A stretch of DNA of 57,165 nt from Eledone cirrhosa. Lineage: Eukaryota. Shown here piece by piece: positions 9,985 through 21,419 of the stretch; the first letter of the stretch is position 1, and every line of letters starts with the position of its first letter. The stretch spans positions 1 through 57,165 of the forward strand of contig CAXHJY010001208.1 in NCBI GenBank assembly GCA_964016885.1. Reading direction: 5' to 3'. The translations under genes and the position numbers were made by a program. Under the pieces are notes generated by a model that was not told where the DNA came from, made no database searches, and saw only the letters and a list, made by a program, of their open reading frames with translations.

Positions 9985-11331
9985 GCTAGTATCAAAACTA
10001 CCCTAAAGGGCCACATATTTAAGTTCAATGAGAAAATCTACACCCAAAATGAGGGAGCAGCCATCGGCGTCAGCATAGCTGGTGATGTTGCCAACCTCTT
10101 CATGGTATGGTGGGAAAGGAGACTTAAAGATCTCCTTAATGAAAGCTCCATAGACCTCATCATGTACTCTCGTTATGTAGACGATATCAATATAGTTATA
10201 AGAACACCCCCACTAGAGAGCACTAACAAGTTTGATTTAGAACGTAGCACGATGGAAAGCATCCAGCAGATAGCTAATTCCATACACCAGAGTATAACTG
10301 TAACTATAGACTTCCCTTCCAAACACCCTAACAATAGACTACCTGTATTAGACACAGAACTCTGGATTAACACTATAGACGAGAGAGCCCAAATTCTCCA
10401 CTCACACTATGCTAAACCCATGGCCTCCAAATACCTGATACTCAAAAACTCAGCAATGTCCAGTAGTGCTAAGTTTAATATTCTGATCGCAGATTTGGTA
10501 CGAGTGATGAAGAATGTGTCCAGCATGTGCGACCCAACAGAAATGGAAGGACACATCCAACACTTCATCAACCGCATGCAGTTCTCTGGCTACAACCAAA
10601 GAGACAGAGTCAGAGTATACGAAGGAGCCATGGAAAAGTATAAGACGCTCATAGAACTGGACATGAAAGGAATTTGCCCACTATACAGGAGCAAATCATG
10701 GAATAGCTTAGATAGGGCTAGACATAAGATAGGGAAGGCCACATCATGGTACGACAACCAGAGATATCAGAGTGTCATGTTTGTGGACGTCACCCCTGGA
10801 GGGAAATTAGCTAACCAGTGTAGAAAGGCCCTGAGAAAGACCCACTTAAAAATAAAGGTGGTAGAAAAGCCAGGAACCACCATAAAATCCCTGATCAGCA
10901 AAACCTACCCTTTTAAGAAAACCCACTGTACCAATAGGAAATGTATCATTTGTAAGGTGAACCCCCGGATAAACTGTAAAACTAGAAACGTAGTCTATAG
11001 CATAAGATGTACAGAGGGTACTTGCAGAAACATGACAACAACATACATAGGTGAGACAGCTCGTAGCATAGGTGAAAGGATAGACCAACACTGGGGGGAA
11101 CTAAAAGGACGAAAAAACGGGTCAGTACTATACGAACATGCTAGACAACAACATGACGGTAACATAGACAACATAGAAATTAGAATAATATCTAAACATA
11201 GGAATGACCCAGCAGATAGGCAAATCAGAGAGGCCAGTGAAATAGAAATTAGAAGACCAAAGCTAAACAGAAAGAATGAGTGGAACAACAACAACACCCA
11301 AACAAACAACACTGACCTAAGAGAAGTATAA
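9985..11331 (+). CDS. Penelope-like (Neptune-type) RT C-terminal half plus GIY-YIG endonuclease, 5'-truncated, uninterrupted
   Basis: YTQNEGAAIG, RYVDDI, LPVLD RT motifs; Cys-rich linker CTNRKCIIC; NVVY...C...C...YIGETAR...R...H...H endonuclease motifs. Confidence 0.9.
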   Translation, partial: ASIKTTLKGHIFKFNEKIYTQNEGAAIGVSIAGDVANLFMVWWERRLKDLLNESSIDLIMYSRYVDDINIVIRTPPLESTNKFDLERSTMESIQQIANSIHQSITVTIDFPSKHPNNRLPVLDTELWINTIDERAQILHSHYAKPMASKYLILKNSAMSSSAKFNILIADLVRVMKNVSSMCDPTEMEGHIQHFINRMQFSGYNQRDRVRVYEGAMEKYKTLIELDMKGICPLYRSKSWNSLDRARHKIGKATSWYDNQRYQSVMFVDVTPGGKLANQCRKALRKTHLKIKVVEKPGTTIKSLISKTYPFKKTHCTNRKCIICKVNPRINCKTRNVVYSIRCTEGTCRNMTTTYIGETARSIGERIDQHWGELKGRKNGSVLYEHARQQHDGNIDNIEIRIISKHRNDPADRQIREASEIEIRRPKLNRKNEWNNNNTQTNNTDLREV

Positions 11332-11596
11332 ATAAGTAAATAAAATTAAATAAAATAAGATAAATAAATACATACACAAGCACATAAACACACACTAGTC
11401 ACCCAGCAGACACAACACTATACACACTAGTCACACATCACACATAACACTATACACACACGCAAACGCATGCGCAAAGAAGACAAAATAAAATAAGATA
11501 AACAAACAAGCAAATAAATAAATAAATATATAGACAGACTGAACAAAAAAAAAATGGCGTAGACATACAACACAACAGGAGGAACAATGAATATAA

Positions 11597-11638
11597 CACC
11601 ACTGACGATGTTGCAGATGTGCAACGAAAGATTTATGT
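11597..11638 (+). ncRNA. Minimal hammerhead-like motif in the PLE 3' region (degenerate)
   Basis: CTGACGA-T-GTTGCA GATG TGCAAC-GAAA-GATT-TA; perfect stem II, weak stems I and III. Confidence 0.5.
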
Positions 11639-11897
11639 AAATTATGTAAACTATATATATGTGTTTGTGTCTATATTGTATCTGTATTATTTTTGACCGC
11701 CGGTCAGTCAATGGCAACATTGAGGACCGAGTAAGTTAGATCGCAGATATATATATATAAAAGACAGCGAGAAGCGAAAACCAACCAAACAGTGAGTGTG
11801 TTCTGTTATTAATTCTGGCAATATTACGCAAATATGACCCTCCCCAAATATAACAATATCTGTTTCGACACACGATTTCATATAAAAAACCTCGCAA

Positions 11898-11949
<52 letters not shown>

Positions 11950-11951
<2 letters not shown>

Positions 11952-13321
11952 TATAAAGCTGCCGGCCGTATGTAGGTAACAAACTTTCCGCCAAACGGCT
12001 TGACCAAACAGCACCAAAGATGTAACTTTTTCCAAGTAAAAAAGTGAGGGTATTTTTATCTACTGAATTTTGTTAAAAGATTAAATACATTATTTAAATA
12101 TTCACTTCTTTAAAATTTCAAATGTCAACACTTCCGGTTATACATCACTCCTCATTTTTTCTTATGACGTCGCACAACATTTCCCTCTTTTTCTTAGTCT
12201 GTATGTCTGACTGTCTGCATTAGATAACGTTTTTCGAAATATTTACTTCTGCGTTCACAGACTGATTTTTTTTAGTTTCAGAAGATCCCGTTAAGGGTGA
12301 AAGCAGCGATTCTTTGCTTAAACTTTAATCTGTTATTTTAATATATATATTCGTGTACAGATATTTTTGCATACACAAAAACAAAAACCTATTTATTTCA
12401 CGAAAGCACAGACGGCTTATCGTCATTGTTACTGTTAGAGGTTAGAGGACCACAGTCTTTCCAAGATCTGAGAACCATCAATGGCCATCAATGTTCCACT
12501 TAGCGTTTGGCTTGCCAGATGCGTGGTATGTTACACGATGACAGCCATTGGCACCTCACCCTGCAAGAAGCAGCAACTGCTAATGTCCCTTCTCAGCTGC
12601 GAAAACTTTTTTCTATTATGCTGCCCAACTGCGATCTCGCCGACCCTCTCGCACTGTGGAACAACCACTGCGAAAGTCTAGCTGAGGACATCCTCCACCG
12701 CACACGCAGACACAATCAGAACGTAACATACGACGTCGTTTTCAATGAGGCGCTCATTTGTCTTGAAAACAGTGTCCTGGAGATTGGTGGTAAGCCTCTA
12801 AGTCACTACAGCTCACCTGCTCCTGACAGGAGTGTTCAGAGGTCAACGTCTACAGAGCTTCTCCGCGAGACGAGCTACGAGATCAGTGATTCTCCCATGG
12901 TCAATTGTATATAAGATGCTCTAGGGTGAGCTCACAAACAATCTCTTCATCTTTGCTCCGGAGGGCCAAACAAAAAATATTGTATACTCTGAGGCTATAA
13001 CAATATAATTTAAATATTTTCTGTTACTTAGAATTTCCATTATGGTTTTACAAATTATTGTTTGTTAAAAAATGTGTTCTCTGTTCAGCCTTTATTGTTG
13101 TAACTATCAATTTTCTTTAACGTACTGGCTGCTGAACTGGGGAATCCTAAAAACTATTCAAACCCAACATCAGAGCGCACGTTAACCCCCCCCCCCCCAA
13201 CCACCACCCTCACTGACTTGAGAGGGGGCACGGTGTCTTTGCACTGGAGTGTAGAGGGCAATTCCTGAAAAGATAAAATGCCGGTATACCTATCCGGACG
13301 CCAGCCGGACGGGCCAGCTAG
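11950..13321 (+). mobile_element. Non-autonomous Helitron with RepHel coding remnants
   Basis: VRGPQSFQDLRTING...GMLHDDSHWHLTLQEA...QLRKLF...PLALW (12440-12900) and NLFIFAPEGQTKNIVY (about 12940-12990) are typical RepHel segments; 3' hairpin TCCGG...CCGGA then CTAG at 13318-13321. Confidence 0.85.
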
Positions 13322-13415
13322 TATATATATATATATATATATATAGCGTTAACCTAATATATACCTTCCATATACTGTATACTGTACCGTTGTGGTGTTA
13401 TTTCTGTTTACCTTT

Positions 13416-13477
<62 letters not shown>

Positions 13478-13569
13478 CATACATATATACATATATGATG
13501 ATGATATATACGCAGAAATATATGGTGGAGAAAGCAAGACATTTAATAAACAAATTTATTTCTTACAGT

Positions 13570-16530
13570 GTTTCAGCCAGTATTGCCCCAGGCCATGTCT
13601 AACTTAATAGCCCCACCTGGCAAAGTCTTTCAAATCAAGATTTGTACACCATGGTCCACTCAAGTAGAGAGTTATTGTTTACGGAGACATATCTGGGTGT
13701 AGGAGGTTTATCCGGGATTTCTTGAAGGAATTTGTCCAAAGACTTCTTGAACTTTATGTGGTCTGTTTCCGTTTTAATGTGTTTTGGTGTAATGTTAAAG
13801 AGAGCAGGGCCAATTGAGGTGAAATAATTGTGCCGTATTGTTGTAATCAGATGCGAGTGTGATTTTTGTTGTGGGCGGATAGCACAGGGTCCAAGTCTTG
13901 GGTGTACCTTAAAGGTGATGCCAACATCATTTGGGCAAAGCTGATGGAATATTTTCCACATCATGCAGATAATGTAGCACTCACGGTGACATTGGAGAGA
14001 ATAAAGACTTGTCATGCCATCTATCGTTTTTGTAATTGATCTTTGAGGTGCTTCAGCTTTCATGATACTTTGTTTCGTGTGGGAAGACCACAGTGGACAA
14101 CAGTATTGAAGGTGGTGTCAGGCAAAAGTGGAGAAGAGAAGGACAACAGTGTGGATATCTCTCAACTGGAAGGTTCTGAGAATCCAGGAACACATTCTGT
14201 GGGCCATGTCAACATTGTTGTTTATATGAGTGGCCCAGCTTATGTTGTTGTCCACAATTACTCTCAATTCTCTGATGTTGTTGGATGCCATGAGAGTTTC
14301 ACTTGAAGGAAGGGAGTATGGGAGTTTCAGGGCATCCTCTTTTCTCTTAACTCAAATTTATTCAGCAGCATATTGTTCTTTTCTGCCCATTGGATAACAG
14401 CCAGTAGGCCTGACTGTAAGCATATCCGGTCACCCACTTCATTGATGACCTTCTGGGGCTTGGAATCATCTGCAAAGATTCTTATGTTGCTGTGCTTGAT
14501 GATGTCAGTAATGTCATTAATGTAGATGATTAAAAGAAATGGGCCGAACATAGTGCCTTGTGGGACGCCACTACTGACTTTGACTGGGCTTGATTTTACT
14601 CCTTCGACTACAACATGTTGGGCTCTGTCTGTCAGGAAACATTTGATCCACTGTAGTAACTATCCAGAGACACCAATGCTGAATAGTTTTTTCAATAGAA
14701 TCTTATTATCAACCCTGTCAAAGGCCTTGCTGAAATCAAGGTAGACGACATCAGTGTTGGAGCCCTCTCCCAAAGCTCTCAAAATATTACCAAAGTGATG
14801 CAAGAGTTGTGTTAGGAAGTCCCTTCCATTACATAACCCTTGTTGGTTGGAGTTCAGTAGTCTGTTGCTTTCAAGAAAGTGGGTTATTCGTGATCTCAAA
14901 TACCTTGGTATGAGCGGTGTGTGAGATCGGACGGTAGTTCACTGCAAGGGACTTGTTTCCCTTTTTGAAAACTGAGACAACAGACTGGGACAGAAAGTTT
15001 TCAGGAATATAGCCAGCATCCAGTGAGTTCCTTCACAGATTAGCAAGAGGAGATGCAAGTTGGTGTCAACACACCTTCAGGGCACAAGTAGGGAACCTAT
15101 CGGGGCCTACTGCTGAATTGTGTTTAATTTCTTTTATTGCCGCTAAGACATCAGGGGCGCCAAATGTTATGTCCTATATAGTGTGTTGGGGATTAACATC
15201 ACTGATACGGCCCAGATCAGCTATATCAGGATTGCTGGAAACAGAACCCATTGCTTTAGCTTTGTCTTGGAGGGTGCCATTTCGTGAATTAGAGGGCCAA
15301 CAGTGGAGGCAGTGACCTTGTGTTTTTTTTGCAAATGAAAAGAACACTTTGGGGTTGAGTTTGATTTTCTCAATGGCCCATTTCTCCTCAACTGTTCTTT
15401 GGTTATTGATGATGGTTTTCTTGCATTGTTGGAGGTTATATTTTTTTTTATTCAAGCAGTGCGATAGCAGTCAAATGGTGTGTGATGTTGTTGGCAGTAT
15501 TTTAGTTTGTTAATTTTTTTTGTTTGTTCTTTTTTGTTTTTCTGATAATAGTTTTTCTGCTTTGGGGGATTCTGCATTTAATTTTGTTCACATTTTGTTC
15601 TTGGTGAGATGTGTTTTGCACTTATATTTGTGACAGTGTCTACAAAGATGTCAAGATATTTTGATGTTCGTGGAGATGCGTGCGTGTAAAAGACCAGTCA
15701 ACATGTGATAGCTCATTCATGATTGCATCCCAGTTGGCATTATAGAGATCCATGTTATCAAACTGGAGATAAGTCACTAGGATTAGCTTTCGGCTGGTGG
15801 AATCTCAGGTTACAAAGAACCATGTCATGATCTGAAAGAAAGGTTTTTTCCACTGTAATATTATGTATAGTGTTAGTGTGGTTACTAAACATTAGGTCCC
15901 AAATATTCTTCTGATACCTTGTTGGTGCAAAGACAAGTTAGGACCAGAAAACCTCATTCATTAAGTCGAGAAGTGACTCAACTGCTTCTTTGTCAGAGGT
16001 TGAGGTGGGAGTGCCTGGTTTCAAACTGTTTGTAGACCAATCAACACAGGGTAGATTAAAGTATCCTATCATAAGTATGTTACTAGAATGGCACTATTGA
16101 ATAAAGCACTTAATGCTGTTGAGGCATTATTTGAAGCGTATTATGGGTGTTTGGGGTGGCCTATAGAGCCTAAGTACTATTAGGTCATTGGCTTTGTTGT
16201 GCACGGTGACTGATTCACAGTAGTCATTGAAGAATGTGATATTTCCATCTGCCGTAAAAGAATCATGTAGGAAAATGGCAGTTCTGTCGACATGATCTGC
16301 ACGGATGGTTGTGAAATTCCTCACTTTCACTTCGGCTTCCAAGTGGGTGTTGTCAAGGTGGGTCCCCAGTAAGAATGAAGATGTGGAGTGGATGGTTACC
16401 AATCCAATCCTCAATGAATTGGATCTTCCATTTTTCTGCATTGATGGAAGGGCTGACACCTTGTGCATTGAGTAGAAATCTGGAGGCTAGTGTGGTGGCT
16501 GGTTTTGACTCTTGCAGGGGGCTTGTTTTG
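13570..16530 (-). mobile_element. Decayed CR1-group LINE (APE and RT remnants)
   Basis: APE-like segment ending LYRPP (16127-16468), VYLDFSKAFDRV, GVPQGTMFGP, FADDSK, and a 3' end matching 48015-48384 and 55638-56723; many frameshifts. Confidence 0.85.
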
Positions 16531-16723
16531 TGAGTGTGTGTTAGTGACAGCAATATGTATATAAAACAATATATAGAGAGAAGTACACAAAGAGGTATGT
16601 GTTTAATTATAGGGAATAGAAAACCACCAGAGTGAAGAACATATTGTCTATGAAAGGAAAGGAGAATACAGATCAATTAAAAGAATAAATTAAAATGTAC
16701 TAACCATCCAATAATAACTATTA

Positions 16724-16803
16724 CACCTGGACATGCTCTAATCAGAGTATGTTTCACCACAGAAAGTATAGATTTCATATTGTAGCGGGCTTATCAACGG
16801 GTG
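16724..16803 (-). ncRNA. Type I hammerhead ribozyme motif, U3-A8 variant
   Basis: Minus strand: CACCCG-TTGATAA-[GCCCGC...GTGGT]-GAAA-CATACTCT GATT AGAGCATG-TC-CAGGTG. Confidence 0.65.
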
Positions 16804-17048
16804 GATTACAATATGGTTCACACTTCTAAAATATATCAGATAACTAAAATACGCACACTGTGTACAGAGAAAACGTGCGTTATATAGCCCATGGTGGTGT
16901 GAATTGACCAAAAGATCACAAAAAAAAGCTCTACTCACATATGGAAATAAATTAGGAACCAATACATCAAATATATAAAGAGCCTGGAATCTATTCCTTG
17001 AGCTCATGAAATTATAAGGGATTAATGTGAGTCTTTAACTCGGTTTTT

Positions 17049-17086
<38 letters not shown>

Positions 17087-18032
17087 GAGGGTGTCTGTCT
17101 GTGTGTCTGTTTCCCTAAAACTCGAGAAGTACCCAACCGTTTTTTTTCAAACTTTACACATGTAACCCGTATGGCCCCGGAAGTGTTTTGAGCAACAAAA
17201 AATTTCAAATTATTCTGACCTAGAGATCGAATTAGTGAAGTGGCCAATGTATGTACATAATGAGGGAGTGAGGGGGGAGAGAAAGAAACGGAGAGGCGAA
17301 GTGAAGAAGTGGCTCTCTACTCCTCCTCCTCCTTCTCCCCATTCGTCACAGAGTTTTTCGATAGAGGGGAGAAATGTGAACGAGTTACAGAGAGAAAGAG
17401 TGAGAGTGAAAGAAACAGACAGACTAAAAGAGGGGGATAGCGGGAGAGAGAGAGAGTGACAGACGCCGTCTTTTGAGAGTTGTATGCGTCAAAGATACAT
17501 GACAGTGGAATAACTATTGCGTGTGTGTGTACGTGCGCGCGTGTGTGTGTGAGTTTGTGTGCGTTTGCATGCGTGAGTGTGTATGTGTGCGTGAGTGATT
17601 ATAAACTCTCTCGCATGGTCTGATGGAATTAACCCTTTAGCCTTTACATTACTCTATATATACTATATTATTTTCATGGTAAAGGCTTTATCTCGCATAA
17701 TATAAAAATCTCATAGATTTAATATTATTTATTTTGAGAACAATACCTTAACCCTTTAGTATTAGAACCACCCAACCGATTGTTTTCAAACTTTACACAT
17801 GTAATACTTATGGCCATGTGAGTGTTTTGAGCAAAGAATATTTCAAATTTTCAATGCCCTAGGGACCGCATTAAGCGATTTAGCGATCTCTCTCAATAAT
17901 TTCTAGTCTTTCTTTTTAGATGGATACATAGATATAACGCTGCGCCCTTATAATATCTGTCTGTACGTCTGGCTGTCTGCATTACGACATTATGACGCTA
18001 TATGTGTGTGTATATATGTATATATATATATA

Positions 18033-18070
<38 letters not shown>

Positions 18071-18199
18071 TGTAACGTTTTTCGAAATATTTACTTCTGC
18101 GTTCACAGATTGATTTTTTTAGTTTAAGAAGATCCCGTTAAGGGTGAAAGCAGCGATTCTTTGCTTAAACTTTAATCTGTTATTTTAATATATATATAT

Positions 18200-18826
18200 A
18201 AATCAGTAAAGAAGATTGACATGGTTTGCTATACAAAAAAGGTTTTTAATCTCATTGCTGACAATTGTTTCTCTGAACTGGTAGGTCTAGGGATCGCTAT
18301 TCGTTTGTTTTCACGTTACTCGATCGCCAATACAAAATTATAACCAGTCAGTTCTTCGGAGCATGCGAGAATGAAGAGGATATACAGGCATGAAAGGAAT
18401 ATACAGGCTACTATATGAAGTAGTAATTGCATTCAGTTAGAACAATAACAACAATTACAACAATGCTAGTAATAAATTATTTGAGGAGACCCTGACATTA
18501 CATTAGGTAGGGGGTATAGTGTATCTAAGATTTCGGCGTGTAAAACTAGCTGACATGAAGCAGAAGTATAAGGTTGACATGTAAGGAGTGTCGATGGGTG
18601 TATTATATCAATTTTAAAGATAAGCCGGTGTTTATCAACAATGTAGGTCAGGTGGCCGTAATGTTCAGTATTTATCTGACCGACGAAGTATTTATCATTG
18701 AGTAGAATTTGTGTGGTCTACATTAGATGAGAATACAATCTTTCTTTTCATCTTCAATAACATACATGAATGGGACAACACTGTCAAAGCTAAATAATGG
18801 GCAAGTTAATACAGAGGTTAAGGAGG

Positions 18827-18909
<83 letters not shown>

Positions 18910-19760
18910 TACACACACATATATATATACACACGCACGTGTACATAGACACATACATACACATCAATATACACTCGTACAAATACATACATACATGCAA
19001 AGAGATAAACATGCTGACTGTAATTATGGCAAAAGGAAGGTAAAGTTACATTGTAGTAGTGATTTGAGAAATTCTTGGATTTAGGATCAAGTGATGGCAG
19101 CAACTGAGAAGGAATAAGTTTATGGGTTGATGAGGTACTTACAGACATTTGTGTGGTATAGAACTGTGAAGGCTAGATTGTACTTAATGAGTATATTTCT
19201 GTGGTGATTTATGCAGGGTAGTGGGTATCCTAGTTTAAAGCTATGTTATGTTGGTTCGATTCACGGAGGTTTGAATCTTATGAATTTAGTGGCAATTCTA
19301 TGTCTGCAGAAGATAGATCTTTCTAACTTATTGTTAAGTAGCCTTTTTACATTTTTGAGGATATACATTAGTTCTAGATCACATAGCCCGCAGTGGGACA
19401 TACCTGTACTATAGGTTTTAGCAGCCGACAACTTCGACCAGTTAATACTGTAGTTAGTGTTGTTGTCCTTCAGTTCCCATATTTTTTTGGCGAGGGTTGT
19501 GGAACCCATAAGTGCACGGTTTTTCATCGAGTGCCTGTGCACATACCATCTTTTTTTAAAAGAACCCACGGTGGATCCTATGTAATTCCAGGTGGAGTTA
19601 TCCGAGTTGACCGTGCACATGTATACTAGGCTCGAATCGAGACATCTGTTCGCCAATGGGCACCTATCTGGTAGGTGACAGTTACAGTTTGAGGTGCTAT
19701 TTTGTGCAGCTTCTGGACTACACCTAAGTGGACTGCATATAACTATTATTTGTTACCCCG
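18200..19760 (-). mobile_element. 5'-truncated Penelope-like element (Hydra-like) with terminal hammerhead
   Basis: CNCHLPDRC (CxCx5C), LVY...NYIGST...FKKRWYVH, CGLC and CRH at 19261-19740; ~1-kb 3' region ending in a hammerhead; (TA)n on both sides. Confidence 0.8.
18251..18369 (-). ncRNA. Type I hammerhead motif with long stem II and U4C core change
   Basis: Minus strand: ATGCT-CCGAAGA-[ACTGACTGGT...ACCAGTTCAGA]-GAAA-CAATTG-TC-AGCA. Confidence 0.65.
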
Positions 19761-19944
19761 TATATATATATATATATATATATAAAATTAGATATTCATG
19801 TACAGATATTTTTGCATACACAATAACAAAATATAAACAGACGTATTTATTTCACGAGGCTCGATAAAGATAAATATATATCAAATATATAAGAATCCTA
19901 GAGCAAATCCCGAGCAACGCCGGGCCATTCTGCTAGTATATATA

Positions 19945-20524
19945 TATAACTGAGGATGTCTGTCTGTGTGTGTGTGAGTTTGAATCCCTAAAACTAGAGA
20001 AGCACCCAATCGACTGTTTTCAAACTTTGCACATGTAATACTTATGTTTCAGGGAGTGTTCTGAGAAAAAAAAATTTCAAATTTTCAATGCCCTAGAGAC
20101 CGCATTAGGCAATTTAGCGATCTCTCTCTATAATTCTTAGTCTTTCTCTTTTTAGATAGATACATACATATAACGTCGCGCCCTTATAATATCTGTCTGT
20201 ATGTCTGACTGTCTGCATTACGTCACTTCCTACAATTCTCTCTGCATCCAAAACGCGCCCTTATAATATGTCTGTATGTCTGGCTGTCTGCTGCCTCCGG
20301 TTATTCAGCCACCCTTGCTCAAGACAAATCTCACACTCATTCCCCAAACAGTTGGTAAGTGCACACAACTTCTTCCTCACGTTTTAAACCACAGTGTTGC
20401 TTACTTACGTACCACCAGACCCTTACTTCTATGCCAGCCGTGGTTGTGGCAATACTAAGCTTAGCTATGGCTGTTATATATTTCACAATACCTTATCCCG
20501 TGCAACGCCGGGTACCACTGCTAG
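19945..20524 (+). mobile_element. Non-autonomous Helitron
   Basis: Shared 5' end (AACTGAGGATGTCTG...); 3' CCCGTGCAACGCCGGG hairpin and CTAG at 20521-20524. Confidence 0.8.
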
Positions 20525-20529
20525 CATAT

Positions 20530-21419
20530 ATATAAAACTGAGGATGTCTGTGTGTGTGTGTGAGTTTGAATCCCTAAAACTCGAGAACCACCCAACCGAC
20601 TGTTTTCAAACTTTACACATATAATACTTATGTTTCAGGGAGTGTTCTGAGCAAAATAAATTTCAAATTTTCAATGCCATAGGGACTGCATTATGATTCT
20701 TAGTCTTTCTCTTTTTAGATAGATACATACATATAATGTCGCGCCCTTATAATATCTGTCTGTATGTCTGACTGTCTGCATTACGTCACTTCCCTGAGGA
20801 TGTCTGTGTGTGTGTGTCTGTGAGTTTGAATCCCTAAAACTCGAGAAGTACCCAACCGGCCTTTTTCAAACTTTACATGTGTATTACTTATGTTTAAGGG
20901 AGTGTTATGCACATAAAAGAATTCAACTTTTTGATCCCCTAGGGCCCACATTAGTTGAAAAACTGCGTTTTTTTTCAGGTTTTTTAGGGTTTTTTTGAGT
21001 CGTTACTTCAGACTTATTTCCTTGAAATTGTAATTATGTATTAGCCAGTCTCTTCTTCATACCGTGAGCAAAGAAAATCCAACTTTTTTATGGTCTAGGG
21101 CCCGCATTAGGTGAAAAACTTCATTTTTTCAGCTTTTTAGGGCTTTTTTGAGGCGTTACGTCTAGCCGATTTTCCCGAAATTTCAAGGCATATTATGCAC
21201 GTAAAAAAATTCATCTTGATCCCCTAAAGCCCGCATTAGGTGAAAACCTGCATTTTTCCTGCTTCATCGAGGAAAATCTTAAAGATTATCCAGCCATCAG
21301 AGTATTCATTTTATTTTCTTTACATATTGTCCACGCATGCAGTTTTTCCACGATTAGGTCTGTTGGCAGCCCGCGTTCCAAAATACCTTATCCCGTGCAA
21401 CGCCGGGTACCACTGCTAG
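20530..21419 (+). mobile_element. Non-autonomous Helitron (duplicated 5' segment)
   Basis: 5' motif at 20530 and again at about 20794; same 3' hairpin and CTAG at 21416-21419. Confidence 0.8.

Larger units (their letters stand above)
17079..19936 (+). mobile_element. Non-autonomous Helitron interrupted by a PLE
   Basis: 5' end shared with the 19945 and 20530 copies; the segment shared with 12225-12410 is split at a TA run (18200, resuming at about 19790); 3' hairpin CCCG...CGGG then CTAG at 19933-19936. Confidence 0.75.

Noticed and set aside
20930-21260. Three ~80-140-nt repeats (GCCCGCATTAGGTGAAAA) as a CRISPR-like array
   Set aside because: Degenerate internal Helitron repeats in eukaryotic DNA; no unique spacers or cas genes.
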